Below are positions 36,437 to 45,996 of a stretch of DNA of 64,000 nucleotides, piece after piece. Position 1 is the first letter of the stretch. Every line of letters begins with the position of its first letter. A program made the translations under genes and the position numbers. The notes below the pieces were generated by a model. It had not been told where the DNA came from. It did not search any database and saw only the letters and a list, made by a program, of their open reading frames with translations. The DNA lies in NCBI GenBank assembly GCA_026707225.1, contig JAPOXG010000104.1, forward strand, positions 425-64,424, given 5' to 3'. The DNA is from Chloroflexota bacterium. Lineage in GTDB: Bacteria > Chloroflexota > Anaerolineae > Aggregatilineales > Phototrophicaceae.

Positions 36437-37403
36437 AATTCACTCCGACATAAATGAAGGCGAAGAGCAGACTGACGCCCATAATCGCCGGGAAGTCCTG
36501 GGAGGTGCTGGCGCGGAACATATAGAAGCCGATGCCTGGATAGGCGAATATCCGCTCGATCAGAATAGACCCGACCAGCAGATTGCCGTATGACAGACCA
36601 ATGACGGTCACGATCGGGATCAATGAATTGCGCATGCCGTGAAAGCCGATGACGTAGCGCTCGCGTAAGCCCTTGGCGCGCGCCGTGCGCATATAGTCTT
36701 GATTCAGCACTTCGAGCAGGGAAGAGCGGGTGATGCGGGAGATGATGGCGCTGATATAGAGCGCCAGCGTCAGCGCCGGCAGAATCAGATGCGAGAGCGC
36801 ATTTCCGAATGTCTTCCAGTCGCCGTTCAGCAGCGCGTCTATTGTGAACATGCCGGTCACAGTCGGCGGCGCGCGCATAATCGGATGCAGCCGGCCGGGT
36901 CCTGCGGCGATGCCCAATTGCGCGTAAAACACGTTGAGAAATATCAAGGCGATGAGAAAGACCGGGAAACTGATGCCAATCAGGGCGATGACGCGGGCCA
37001 CATAATCCGCCAGACTGTTTTTCCATACCGCAGAAATCAGTCCCATGCTGACACCCAGGGTTGTGCCATATACAAGGCCCAAGGTCGCCAATTCAATAGT
37101 CGCCGGCAGGCGACTGCTGATATCATCGGCAACCGGCTTGCGCGTCTTGATTGAGGTGCCCATATCGCCCTGCAACAAGTTGCCGAGATAAGTCAGGTAT
37201 TGTTCATGCAGGGGTTTATCCAAGCCCCATTTCTTGCGGAAAGCGGCGATGGTCTCTTCGTCGTTGAGCGCGTTTGGGGGCAGGTTGGCATTGATGGGGT
37301 CAGCGGGAATGGCGTTGGCGATGATAAAGGCGACCACGGTGATGCCCAATAAGATAGGAATCACCAGAAGCAGGCGGCGGACGAAGTAACGGAAGAAGCT
37401 CAT
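36384..37403 (-). CDS. Peptide/nickel-type ABC transporter permease (DppB/OppB-like)
   Basis: MSFFRYFVRRLLLVIPILLGITVVAFI N-terminus and YMRTARAKGL motif. Confidence 0.9.
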   Translation of the reverse strand: MSFFRYFVRRLLLVIPILLGITVVAFIIANAIPADPINANLPPNALNDEETIAAFRKKWGLDKPLHEQYLTYLGNLLQGDMGTSIKTRKPVADDISSRLPATIELATLGLVYGTTLGVSMGLISAVWKNSLADYVARVIALIGISFPVFLIALIFLNVFYAQLGIAAGPGRLHPIMRAPPTVTGMFTIDALLNGDWKTFGNALSHLILPALTLALYISAIISRITRSSLLEVLNQDYMRTARAKGLRERYVIGFHGMRNSLIPIVTVIGLSYGNLLVGSILIERIFAYPGIGFYMFRASTSQDFPAIMGVSLLFAFIYVGVNFVVDILYFFLDPRIRIA

Positions 37404-37468
37404 GGGCAGCCAGTCGGTGACGGCGGATCGAAAGCTAGTTTAACACATCGATCGGCGCGGACGAAAAA

Positions 37469-37493
37469 GGGCGAGCCGACGGCCCGCCCTAGG
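37469..37493. repeat. REP-like element (degenerate)
   Basis: GGGCGAGCCGACGGCCCGCCCTAGG. Confidence 0.45.
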
Positions 37494-37515
37494 AATTTCT
37501 TGCCGAACGATTGGC

Positions 37516-39096
37516 TTACATCGCGCGGCTCAAGATAGATACATCCAGCAGCCAGTGCGGGTGCCAGATATAACCCAGAAGGTCAGAGCGGTAAGCTGTC
37601 GCCACCTCTGGCACGTTGAAAGGCGCGAAGGGACCATGCTGCATGGTGTATTCTTGCAGCATCGTGAAGAGCGCCATGCGTTCGTCCGGGTCGCTGGCGA
37701 CCTTGGCGGCCGCGATCGCATCCTGGATGTCTTGCGGCAAACTCTCCAACTGCCAGTTATTGCGCTCGGTCGCGACCTTGCCCGGCGGCATGAAGCTGAG
37801 GAAGTCCAGCGGGTCTAGGATATCGGGACCCCAGAGCCAATAGCCGACGCCGTGGTCGCCGCTGCGATAACGCTCAAGCGCGACTTGAATCTCGCCCGGT
37901 TGCAGCGTCACGTTGATGCCAATTTCCGCCAGGTCCGCCTGGATCTTCTGGGCGTTGGTATTGAAGCTGACGCCGCTATAGACCATATCGGGGTATTCCA
38001 GCGTCATATCGAGCCCGTCGCCATACCCGGCTTCAGCCAGCAATTCGCGCGCCTTGTCCAGGTCGCGCGAGAAGGCGGCCTCTTCACCGAGGTTGCCGAA
38101 AAAGCCAGCGGTCATGTTCGTGGCCGGTTTAACGCCGCCCCAAAGCGTCTTGTAGCCTTCGTAATCAAGCGCGTAACGCACCGCCAGCTGCACGGCCGGA
38201 TTGGCGAAGGGACCGCTCTTCTCCTCTTCGGTGTTCATGATGACGAAATGCGTCAAGGTGCCGATGCCGCGATAGATTTCGACATCCGTGTTGCCTTCCA
38301 GCGCGGCGATTTGATCGGGCTGCAGGTCGAAAGCCAGATCGATGTCGCCCGCTTCCAGCGCGACTTTCTGGGTGGCGCTTTCCGGCATGTGGATGAAGAT
38401 CACGCGGTCGAAGTAGGGCGCGTCACCCCAGTAATTCTCGTTGCGGACCAGCTCGGTGCGGTTCTGCGGCTCCCAGAGATCCAGCACGTAGGAACCCGAA
38501 CCGGCCGAGGTGCTGTCCAGATAGGCGCCGGCGGTATCGGTTTCGGCTGCGTCTTCGGCATCGGTGCCGCCATTCGCCATCACGACGTCGGCGTTGGTCA
38601 CGCTGAATACGGCGCTGGTGATTTCGGACAAGAAAGAGGGCCGCGGATCGGGCAAGGTGAAGGCGACTGTGTCGTCGTCGATGGCTTCGACCGAAGCAAT
38701 GCCATCGGCCAGGAAGGAGGGATTGCCGTTGAAATTCTGCAGCCGCTGGATGGAAAAGACAACATCATCGGCGGTGACATCATCGCCATTGGCGAATGCC
38801 GCATCCTGCCGCAGCGAGAAGGTGTACACCGTCCCGTCTTCGGAGATTTCCCAGCTTTCGGCGAGCGAAGGCACGATCCTGCTGGCGTCTTCATCGGGGA
38901 AAGTAACCAACTGGCTGTAGGTGACGTGATTCACGATATGGGTCGAATGGGTGAAGCCGTTGGCCGGGTCATAGGCGTCGGTGTTCTCCGACCAGCCGAT
39001 CACCAGCACTTTTTCATCCTGCGCCAAACCCGCGAAGGCGCCGAGCAGCAGCGCCACTAGCGTGAGCAGCGCAAGGAAATACTTTAAGCGGTTCAT
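37516..39096 (-). CDS. ABC transporter substrate-binding protein, family 5 (peptide/nickel type)
   Basis: Signal peptide, about 525 aa, SBP_bac_5-like pattern. It lies upstream of the Dpp-type permeases. Confidence 0.85.
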   Translation of the reverse strand: MNRLKYFLALLTLVALLLGAFAGLAQDEKVLVIGWSENTDAYDPANGFTHSTHIVNHVTYSQLVTFPDEDASRIVPSLAESWEISEDGTVYTFSLRQDAAFANGDDVTADDVVFSIQRLQNFNGNPSFLADGIASVEAIDDDTVAFTLPDPRPSFLSEITSAVFSVTNADVVMANGGTDAEDAAETDTAGAYLDSTSAGSGSYVLDLWEPQNRTELVRNENYWGDAPYFDRVIFIHMPESATQKVALEAGDIDLAFDLQPDQIAALEGNTDVEIYRGIGTLTHFVIMNTEEEKSGPFANPAVQLAVRYALDYEGYKTLWGGVKPATNMTAGFFGNLGEEAAFSRDLDKARELLAEAGYGDGLDMTLEYPDMVYSGVSFNTNAQKIQADLAEIGINVTLQPGEIQVALERYRSGDHGVGYWLWGPDILDPLDFLSFMPPGKVATERNNWQLESLPQDIQDAIAAAKVASDPDERMALFTMLQEYTMQHGPFAPFNVPEVATAYRSDLLGYIWHPHWLLDVSILSRAM

Positions 39097-39195
39097 CTTG
39101 ATGCTCCTTCAGAACATTAGGTACGATTAGCGTTTCAACAGTGGGAGTATAACGAAAAGCGGACCAAGTGGCAATTAGATGCCATTGGGCAGGAA

Positions 39196-40185
39196 TCAGG
39201 GACGCAGGAGGACTTTGCCCGTCTGCCCGCGGTTGAATAGCTCGAAGGCTGCGGGCGCGTCAAGCAGCGGAAACCGGTGCGTGATCATCTTGGCGACATC
39301 CAGTCCATCGCGCCAGAGCGCGAACATCTCCGGCACTTCGCTCATGAAATAATACCAGCAGCCGACGGCCCAGATTTCGCGCCGGTTGAAATCGCGGCTG
39401 GGCGCCAGTAGCTCTTCCATGGATTCGCCGTTGAAGACGACAATGCCGCCGCGCCGCACTGACAAGAAGCTGTTTGCCACGCTGGCTCGTTTTCCCGCGC
39501 AGTCGATGACGACATCAGCGCCACCGCCCTTGGTGAGATCCATAATCTGCTCGATGAGCGTCTCGTCGGCATGGATGGAGACATCGGCGCCCAACTGCCT
39601 GGCGAAGCGCACGCGATAATCGATGATGTCGACGCCGATGACGCGGCGGCCCAAGTGGGCTTGCATGAGCACGTTGCCCAAGCCGATCGGTCCCAAGCCC
39701 AGGACGACGATCGTTTCGACATCGGCGCGGTCGATCTTCTTGGCGGTGTGCCAGGGCACGCCCATGCCATCGCCGGTCAGCAAGGTCGCCTCGTCCCAGG
39801 GCAGGTCATCGGGCAGGGGGCTGCATGCGCGGGCGTGAATGGCAAATTGCTCGGCGTGCATGCGCGAGCGCGAGCGGGCGGACTTGCACCAGGTGTACTG
39901 TCCGCGGTCGCATTCGCTACAATCGCCGCAGCCGACCACGGCGCTGACGCCGACGCGCTGTCCAATTTGCGGGCTCGTGACGCCTTCGCCCAATTCAAGG
40001 ACCGTGCCGACCGCCTCATGCCCGCTATTGCCGCCGGTCATGCCTGTACCGCGATAGGTCTTCATCTCGCTGCCGCAGATGGCGGAGCGGGCGGTTTCGA
40101 TGATGACTTCGCCAGGCGCGGGCTTTGGCGGGTCGGCGTCGATGAGGCGCGAGGTCGCGCTGCCGGTCATTTCCAGGAGTTTCAT
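39196..40185 (-). CDS. Zinc-dependent alcohol/polyol dehydrogenase (MDR)
   Basis: CGSE...GHEAVG catalytic zinc site, structural zinc CGDCSECDRGQYTWC, and GLGPIG Rossmann motif. Confidence 0.85.
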   Translation of the reverse strand: MKLLEMTGSATSRLIDADPPKPAPGEVIIETARSAICGSEMKTYRGTGMTGGNSGHEAVGTVLELGEGVTSPQIGQRVGVSAVVGCGDCSECDRGQYTWCKSARSRSRMHAEQFAIHARACSPLPDDLPWDEATLLTGDGMGVPWHTAKKIDRADVETIVVLGLGPIGLGNVLMQAHLGRRVIGVDIIDYRVRFARQLGADVSIHADETLIEQIMDLTKGGGADVVIDCAGKRASVANSFLSVRRGGIVVFNGESMEELLAPSRDFNRREIWAVGCWYYFMSEVPEMFALWRDGLDVAKMITHRFPLLDAPAAFELFNRGQTGKVLLRP

Positions 40186-40204
40186 TGTTTTGCTACCTTT
40201 AGCT

Positions 40205-40250
40205 TAGGCGGGCGACCTGGCAAGCTGCGTAGGCACAGGCGGTCGGGGAG
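40205..40250. repeat. Degenerate copy of the composite REP-like element
   Basis: GCGGGCGACCTGG...GCGTAGGCAC resembles the units at 42260-42300 and 43807-43840. Confidence 0.3.
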
Positions 40251-40355
40251 GATTTAGGATGGTGGTTTCCTGCGAAGAATGTTCCAAAGCAGCGCATCAT
40301 TGCAGCTTGCCGATCTAGCCCACCATTTTGCGCTTCGAAGGCTACTGTCCGCGGC

Positions 40356-41243
40356 TCATCCCTTGACGCCGCTCAAGACGAAGCCCTGGATGAAGTAGCG
40401 CTGCGCCAGGAAGAAGACAATCATCGGCGGCGCCAGCGCCATGCCGGAAGCCGCCATCATCAAGGCGAAGTCGGAGCGGTATTCGGAAATAAAGGAGGAA
40501 ATGCCGACCGAGATGGGGAACTTGGTCTGATCCTGAATGTAGATTAGCGGCAGCAGGAATTCGTTCCAGTAAAAGAAGAAGGCGAAGATGGCCGCCGTCG
40601 CCAGCGCCGGGCGCGAAAGCGGCAGCATGATATTCAGGAAGATTTGCAAGCGATTGGCGCCGTCGATACGGGCCGAGTCTTCCAGGTCTATCGGCACAGT
40701 CATGAAAAACTGGCGCAGTAGGAAGGTGTAGAAGGGCTGGGCGAAGAAAGCCGGGACTAGAATCGGCAGATAAGAATTCAGCCAGCCGAACCAGCGAAAC
40801 ATCAAGAAGGACGGGATAAGCGTCACCCAGATCGGCACCATCATCGTCGACAGCATCAGGAGAAATAGCGCGTCCTTGCCCGGGAAGCGAAAACGAGCGA
40901 AACCATAAGCAGCCAGCGAACTGCCGAACAACGTGCCCACCACGCCGATGACCGTGATGACGGCGGTGTTGACCGTATAAGTCCAGAAGGGGACCTGGTT
41001 GAAGACCTCGCCATAATTGGACCACATCCAGGTATCGGGGATCCATTCGATGGGGTAGGTGAAGATCTGATGTTTGGGTTTCAAGCTGGTGGAAAGCATC
41101 CAAAGCAGGGGATAGAGAAAGAGCAAGGCGCCCGGCACCAGAACCAGATAAGTCAGCAGCGTGTTTACGAGGCTTATCCGTCGGCGGCGCGACCACATAC
41201 TGAGCCGGCCTGCCTTTGTCGTGGTTGCTGTTGTGCTTGCCAT
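40356..41243 (-). CDS. Carbohydrate ABC transporter permease (MalG-like)
   Basis: EAA loop DSARIDGANRLQIFLNIMLPLSRP. The start was set at MASTTATT (41243), just after the upstream gene's stop. The longer N-terminal ORF extension was rejected. Confidence 0.85.
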   Translation of the reverse strand: MASTTATTTKAGRLSMWSRRRRISLVNTLLTYLVLVPGALLFLYPLLWMLSTSLKPKHQIFTYPIEWIPDTWMWSNYGEVFNQVPFWTYTVNTAVITVIGVVGTLFGSSLAAYGFARFRFPGKDALFLLMLSTMMVPIWVTLIPSFLMFRWFGWLNSYLPILVPAFFAQPFYTFLLRQFFMTVPIDLEDSARIDGANRLQIFLNIMLPLSRPALATAAIFAFFFYWNEFLLPLIYIQDQTKFPISVGISSFISEYRSDFALMMAASGMALAPPMIVFFLAQRYFIQGFVLSGVKG

Positions 41244-41251
41244 GCCGCGCC

Positions 41252-42169
41252 CTAGACCAACTCGTAATTGACGCGATAGCGCGAGACCCAAAAGATGCCG
41301 AGGGTGACGAGGAAAATAATAAGGAAGAGCACACCGGCCTGGGCGGAGGCGTAGCCAAGACGAAGCTCGCGAAAGGTGGTTATGTAGAGATTGATGGAAT
41401 AGAAATAGGTGGCGAAGTTGGGTCCGCCGTCGGTCATGATATAAGCCTGGGTGAAGACTTGCATCGTGTTGATGAAACCGACAATGAGCACGAAGAATAT
41501 CGATGGCGACATCAGAGGGATGGTGATGCTCCAAAGGCGCCAGCGCCGGTTAGCGCCATCGACCTCGGCCGCCTCGTAGAGCTCGGGCGGGATGCCCTGC
41601 AAGCCGGCCAGGAAGATAATGATGGTGCTGCCGACGCGCCAAAGCTCCATGATGATTATGGAAGGCAGCGCCCAGCTCTCGGAGACGAGCCAGCCGATGC
41701 GCTTGATGCCAACCAATCCCAAAAGCCAATTCAAGGCGCCGAATTCGCGATGAAAGAGAATGGCCCACAGTACCGCCACCGCCACCCCTGATAGCACCGC
41801 CGGCAGATAATAGATGGTGCGGAAGATCCGAATACCGCGCACTGGCTGGTTCATCACCAGCGCCAGGGAGAAGCCGATGATGAGATTCAGTATCAGGTAA
41901 AAGAAAGTGAATACCAGCGTGACCTTCAGCGATTGCCAGAAGCGCGAATCTTGCGAGAGCTGGATGTAATTCTCGAAGCCAATGAACTCCATGGGCGAGA
42001 CGCCGTTCCAGTCGGTGAAGCTGAAACCGAGCGCGGCGGTCAAGGGTCCGGCGGTGAAAACCACGAAACCGATGAACCAAGGCAATATGAAGAGATAGCC
42101 TTGTATCGCCTCGCGGCGGAGCAGGTCGCTATTGAACATAGGCGTGGAAATCGCTGCGCATGTTGTCAC
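41252..42169 (-). CDS. Carbohydrate ABC transporter permease (MalF-like)
   Basis: EAAEVDGANRRWRLWSITIPLMSP EAA loop and six TM helices. Confidence 0.9.
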   Translation of the reverse strand: MTTCAAISTPMFNSDLLRREAIQGYLFILPWFIGFVVFTAGPLTAALGFSFTDWNGVSPMEFIGFENYIQLSQDSRFWQSLKVTLVFTFFYLILNLIIGFSLALVMNQPVRGIRIFRTIYYLPAVLSGVAVAVLWAILFHREFGALNWLLGLVGIKRIGWLVSESWALPSIIIMELWRVGSTIIIFLAGLQGIPPELYEAAEVDGANRRWRLWSITIPLMSPSIFFVLIVGFINTMQVFTQAYIMTDGGPNFATYFYSINLYITTFRELRLGYASAQAGVLFLIIFLVTLGIFWVSRYRVNYELV

Positions 42170-42172
42170 GGA

Positions 42173-42353
42173 TAGGGCGATTCACCGGTTCGCCCCTACG
42201 GTTTAGCGTTTTGGCGGGAGGGCGAGACAAGTCTCGCCCCTACAGACGTTGGTTGTGCGCGGGCGATTCACCGGGTCGCGAAGGTCGCGTAGACACTGAC
42301 CGCCGACACTGACCGTCAATCGCCCCTACAAACGTTGGTTGCGCGCGGGCGCC
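42173..42353. repeat. Cluster of REP-like palindromes plus a 31-bp imperfect direct repeat
   Basis: TAGGGCGATTCACCGGTTCGCCCCTAC and GAGGGCGAGACAAGTCTCGCCCCTACA. The direct repeat CGCCCCTACA[G/A]ACGTTGGTTG[T/C]GCGCGGGCG occurs at 42235-42265 and 42321-42351 (29 of 31 identical). Confidence 0.75.
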
Positions 42354-43682
42354 TTACTCATCCTCGAAGTAGCGATCGGCCGCGGCATTGGCTTCTTCTT
42401 CGACCTGGCGAAGCATTTCTTCCGGATCGTTGCCCTCAAATACGCTGATGATGCGGGCGTTCCAGGCCGCGTCAAACTCGCCCTGGTAGACGGGATAGGA
42501 CCAATTGATGGCATCATTGAGCATCTGGTCGGTGAAGACTTGTACCTTTCGACCTTTCCAGATATCCGTCCCGGCTACTTCTTCCCAGCGCGGCACCGAG
42601 GAAAGCCGACCCGGCAAACTGCGCAGCTGATTGGATATGAGGATATTGGTTGATTCCGTATTGGTGATGTACTTGCAGAATTCCCAAGCCACATCGAGGT
42701 CTTCGGTGTTGGTGGCGATGCCCCAGGCGCCGCCGGCAGCCGAGACCGCGGACAAACCGGTGGAGCCGCGCGGGAACTTCACGATATCCCATTCAAAGGA
42801 ATCGCCGATGCCATCCAGAATGTAGTAGGCGGCCCAAGAACCCTGCACCTCCATGGCGATATTGCCGGTCAGGAATGGATCCAGCCCGGCGGGCGTATTG
42901 CCGCGATGCACCACATTGCCGGCCGCCATCTCATCCTGGAGCCGCTGCAAGGTAGCGACATTCTCGGGATTATTGACGATGCAATGGCGGTAGTCATCGG
43001 TGTAGATGGCGCCGCCGCCGGCATGCAGCAAGCCCATAATCAACCAGGGCCATTGGTGCATTTCCAAGCCCCAGCGGGTCTGTTCGCTCGGGTCGCCTTC
43101 TTGGAAGGCTGCGGCAATCTCAAAGCACTCGTCCCAGGTCCAGTCGTCGGTGGGGTAGGGCACGCCGAATTCATCAAACATGGTCTTGTTGTAATAGATA
43201 GCCCAGTTCGAGAAGTCGTAGGGCAAGGTCATCAATTGACCCTCGTAGGAATTCTGCGCCACTTGCGCGGGCCAGAAATCCGACAGATCCATGCCATCGC
43301 GCGCCATCAGGTCGTTCAACGGATGAATCCAACCACGCCCGCCGAAGGGAGCGACGTCAAAGGAACGGACGTAAAAGAGATCCGGCAAGGTCCCGGCAAC
43401 GCCAGCGGTGTTGATCTGCGTATAGTATTGCTCAGAGTCGCCGTGATTGATGAGATTGATAGCAATGTCGGGAAACTCTTCATTGAAATTCTCGATGACG
43501 ATTTTGAAGTCATTGACGCTTAGCGTGTTATGGTTCGTATTCCATTGAAGCGCGCCCGACATATCGCTTTGCGCCAACGATGCAAAGGGCAGAGCGCCCG
43601 ATGCCGCGATGCCGCCCGCCATTGCGCCGGCCGACTTCAAGAAATCGCGGCGACTTAAACCCGCTGGGTTCCGTCTATACAT
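42354..43682 (-). CDS. Sugar ABC transporter substrate-binding protein (family 1), Tat-type signal
   Basis: LSRRDFLKSAGAMAGG signal. It lies upstream of two CUT1 permeases. Confidence 0.85.
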   Translation of the reverse strand: MYRRNPAGLSRRDFLKSAGAMAGGIAASGALPFASLAQSDMSGALQWNTNHNTLSVNDFKIVIENFNEEFPDIAINLINHGDSEQYYTQINTAGVAGTLPDLFYVRSFDVAPFGGRGWIHPLNDLMARDGMDLSDFWPAQVAQNSYEGQLMTLPYDFSNWAIYYNKTMFDEFGVPYPTDDWTWDECFEIAAAFQEGDPSEQTRWGLEMHQWPWLIMGLLHAGGGAIYTDDYRHCIVNNPENVATLQRLQDEMAAGNVVHRGNTPAGLDPFLTGNIAMEVQGSWAAYYILDGIGDSFEWDIVKFPRGSTGLSAVSAAGGAWGIATNTEDLDVAWEFCKYITNTESTNILISNQLRSLPGRLSSVPRWEEVAGTDIWKGRKVQVFTDQMLNDAINWSYPVYQGEFDAAWNARIISVFEGNDPEEMLRQVEEEANAAADRYFEDE

Positions 43683-43806
43683 AGTAGCCTCCCTGTAAAT
43701 GTCAGTAATTGTTGCGAGCGGATATTACACACCTGGAGAAAAGCATAACCAAGTAGGCAAACTTTGTCAAAAATTGCGTCAAGTCGTCTGAATATGACAC
43801 TTAGAA

Positions 43807-43976
43807 ACGCGGGCGACCTGATAGGGCGCGTAGACACTGCCCACCGGGCGCCCCTAAAACTGACCCGGCGCACGCAAAATACAGACCCACAAAAATGGGA
43901 ATCTGTAGGGGCGACTTACCAAGTCGCCCGAATTCTACAGCAATTGACGCGGGCGACCTGATAGGTCGCCCCTACA
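43807..43976. repeat. Cluster of REP-like palindromes with a 19-bp perfect direct repeat
   Basis: ACGCGGGCGACCTGATAGG occurs at 43807-43825 and 43947-43965. An extended palindrome CTGTAGGGGCGACTTACCAAGTCGCCCGAATTCTACAG lies at 43903-43940. Confidence 0.75.
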
Positions 43977-44001
43977 TTTTGTGCATTGTGGCGTGCCATC
44001 C

Positions 44002-45036
44002 CTAGATACGCACGCGGCGTCCGTAGCGCGCCGATTCATACGCGGCCAGGATCATCTCGATGCAGACCTTGCCGTCCTGGGCCGTCGCCAGTGGCGGACC
44101 CTCGCCCTTGATGAAGTCGACCACCGGGCGCGCCACCCCGTGAATGCGGCTGCCGTGCGGCACGAAGGGAAAATCGAAACGCTCCCAGTCCTCGGCGCCA
44201 GCGCGGAAGAGCTTCAGCGGACTGCCTTCCGCGGGCGGGATGGTCGAGGGCGCGTCGCCGTAATTCTGATGGATGGTACCGGCATCGCCGTAAATCTCGG
44301 TGGTGGCTTCGGCGGCAAGCTGGGTCGAGCTGTTGAAGAGAACGCCGATCTCGCCCTTGCTAAAGCGGTAGACGGCGACGCCGTTGTCATCGGGCGCGAC
44401 ATCGGTGACGATATTGTCGATCTCGGCCATGACGCTGACCGGGCGGCCCAGCATCCAATAGAACCAGTCGGCGGCGTGCGAGGCGTCGTCCATGAACATG
44501 CCCATGTTCTGAACCGGATCCATGTGCCAGTTGCCGGATTCGGCGAAGCTCGGCATGAGCAGAGCGGGGATGGCGTGGCGGCGGCGGATGACGGCCACGT
44601 TGCCCACGGCGCCCTCATCAATCAGCGCTTTCATTTTCTGGTTGATGGGGTCGCCGCGCATCTGGTAACACATGCTGAACTTGACGCCTGTTCGTTCAAT
44701 GACGTCGATGATGGCATCGCAGTCTTCCAGCGTCAGCGCCATCGGCTTTTGCAGCAGGACATGCTTGCCCGCTTCGGCGGCGGCGATGACATGCTCGGCG
44801 TGTTTGTTGGTCGGGCTGGTGACGAAGACGGCGTCGATGTCGGCGCGCGCCAGCATCTGATCGAGATCGGGCATCCAGTCCAAGCCGAACTCAGTCGCGT
44901 GCGCCTGACCGCGTTCCGGATCGTCATCCCAGGCGGCGACCACATCGGCGTCGTCGTAATCGGCGATGACCTGGCAATAGCGAATGACGTGACCATGGGC
45001 GAAGCTGATGACGCCGAGGCGAATTGGTTCGGGCAT
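44002..45036 (-). CDS. Gfo/Idh/MocA-family oxidoreductase
   Basis: N-terminal Rossmann fold (RLGVISFAHGH) and EKP motif (LLQKPMALT). Confidence 0.85.
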   Translation of the reverse strand: MPEPIRLGVISFAHGHVIRYCQVIADYDDADVVAAWDDDPERGQAHATEFGLDWMPDLDQMLARADIDAVFVTSPTNKHAEHVIAAAEAGKHVLLQKPMALTLEDCDAIIDVIERTGVKFSMCYQMRGDPINQKMKALIDEGAVGNVAVIRRRHAIPALLMPSFAESGNWHMDPVQNMGMFMDDASHAADWFYWMLGRPVSVMAEIDNIVTDVAPDDNGVAVYRFSKGEIGVLFNSSTQLAAEATTEIYGDAGTIHQNYGDAPSTIPPAEGSPLKLFRAGAEDWERFDFPFVPHGSRIHGVARPVVDFIKGEGPPLATAQDGKVCIEMILAAYESARYGRRVRI

Positions 45037-45124
45037 TTTGTCTATCCTTTGTTCATGAATTCTCTGTCATTGAAGGTCGCGACCTATCTTTTCGAAATCC
45101 GTTGGCGTCACAGATTTGCTAAAC

Positions 45125-45532
45125 CTACGAATCTTCAATCGGCTGATGGAAATAGAAGCATAAGCCATCTGGAGCGACGACAAAGAAGACTTGGAATTTC
45201 TTCCCGTCCCACTCGTCCACTCGCCAGTTGCCGATTTTGACGCCTTTGGATTCCAGTTCAGCGCGGGCTTGCTGAATGTCGCTGACCAGGATTGCCGCTC
45301 CTTCCTGCTCGGCTTCACCGCCGTTGATCGCGAATCCGATCCGTGTGCCGTCCCGCTCCATAATCACCGCAGGCTGCGGGCTTTCATGCCTTTCGACCTC
45401 CTTGAGCCCAAATGCGTCGCCGTACCAAAGCACGGCTTGCTCGATATCCTTCACCGGCAGGTTAAGAACATCGTTAGCAAAGGGATAGGTGGCGACATAT
45501 AGTTTTTCAACATGCACGGGCGGCTTATCCAT
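45125..45532 (-). CDS. VOC/glyoxalase-family protein
   Basis: About 135 aa, beta-alpha-beta-beta-beta style pattern (FGLKEV..., GAAILVSD..., VKIGNWR). Confidence 0.5.
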   Translation of the reverse strand: MDKPPVHVEKLYVATYPFANDVLNLPVKDIEQAVLWYGDAFGLKEVERHESPQPAVIMERDGTRIGFAINGGEAEQEGAAILVSDIQQARAELESKGVKIGNWRVDEWDGKKFQVFFVVAPDGLCFYFHQPIEDS

Positions 45533-45600
45533 AGATCTTCTTTCCCATATCGAGCGCATTGTAAAGACGCGTATATTTTCTTATCTGCCTACTCACTCCT

Positions 45601-45996
45601 TTATTCCGCTACGAAGTCGCTGACGTCTACATCGACGATAAGGTCCTCGCCATCGACGACAATTGGGTAGGTTTTGACGCGCACGTCGGGGTCAACCAGG
45701 CATTGACCGCTGGCGATATCGAATTGCCAGGCGTGCCAGGGGCAGCGGATGATCTCGCCCTCGCGTTCGTAGCCGACGAAACCGTCGGTTATAGAGGGTG
45801 GGGCGACTGTCGTGCTGCGTCCCGCGACTTCGCCGGTGCAGAGCGGACCGCGTTTATGGGGGCAGATATTGCGCAGCGCGTAGTAGGTTCCATTGACGTT
45901 GAAGATGCCGATGCCGGCGCGCCCGCGAAAGGGCACGATGATTTTGCGCCCCCCGTCCGGGATTTCGGCGACCTTGCCGACTACGATGCGCCTCAC
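45601..45996 (-). CDS. Rieske [2Fe-2S] domain protein
   Basis: CPHKRGPL...CPWHAWQF matches CxH...CxxH. Confidence 0.9.
   Translation of the reverse strand: MRRIVVGKVAEIPDGGRKIIVPFRGRAGIGIFNVNGTYYALRNICPHKRGPLCTGEVAGRSTTVAPPSITDGFVGYEREGEIIRCPWHAWQFDIASGQCLVDPDVRVKTYPIVVDGEDLIVDVDVSDFVAE

Noticed and set aside
41244-41534. N-terminal 97-codon extension of the MalG-like permease ORF, and the alternative-frame ORF at 40342-41358
   Set aside because: The extension overlaps the 3-prime end of the upstream permease gene and is His/Arg-rich non-membrane sequence. The internal ATG at 41243 sits 6 nt (41244-41249) downstream of the upstream gene's stop codon (41252-41250) on the minus strand.
42173-43976. 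Possible CRISPR array, suggested by the repeated GC-rich palindromic units on both sides of the substrate-binding-protein gene
   Set aside because: The units vary in length and spacing. They are interrupted by a 1.3-kb gene and have no regular repeat-spacer periodicity. No cas genes are present. They fit REP/MITE-like elements instead.
43981-45240. 419-aa plus-strand ORF. The same reasoning applies to the similar long antisense ORFs at 46068-47252, 37852-39060, 8968-10089, 48796-49848, 54666-55763, 10235-11041 and 11081-11932.
   Set aside because: Each overlaps, on the opposite strand, a gene with strong family motifs. The translations are Arg/Ala/Gly-rich without recognisable domains.
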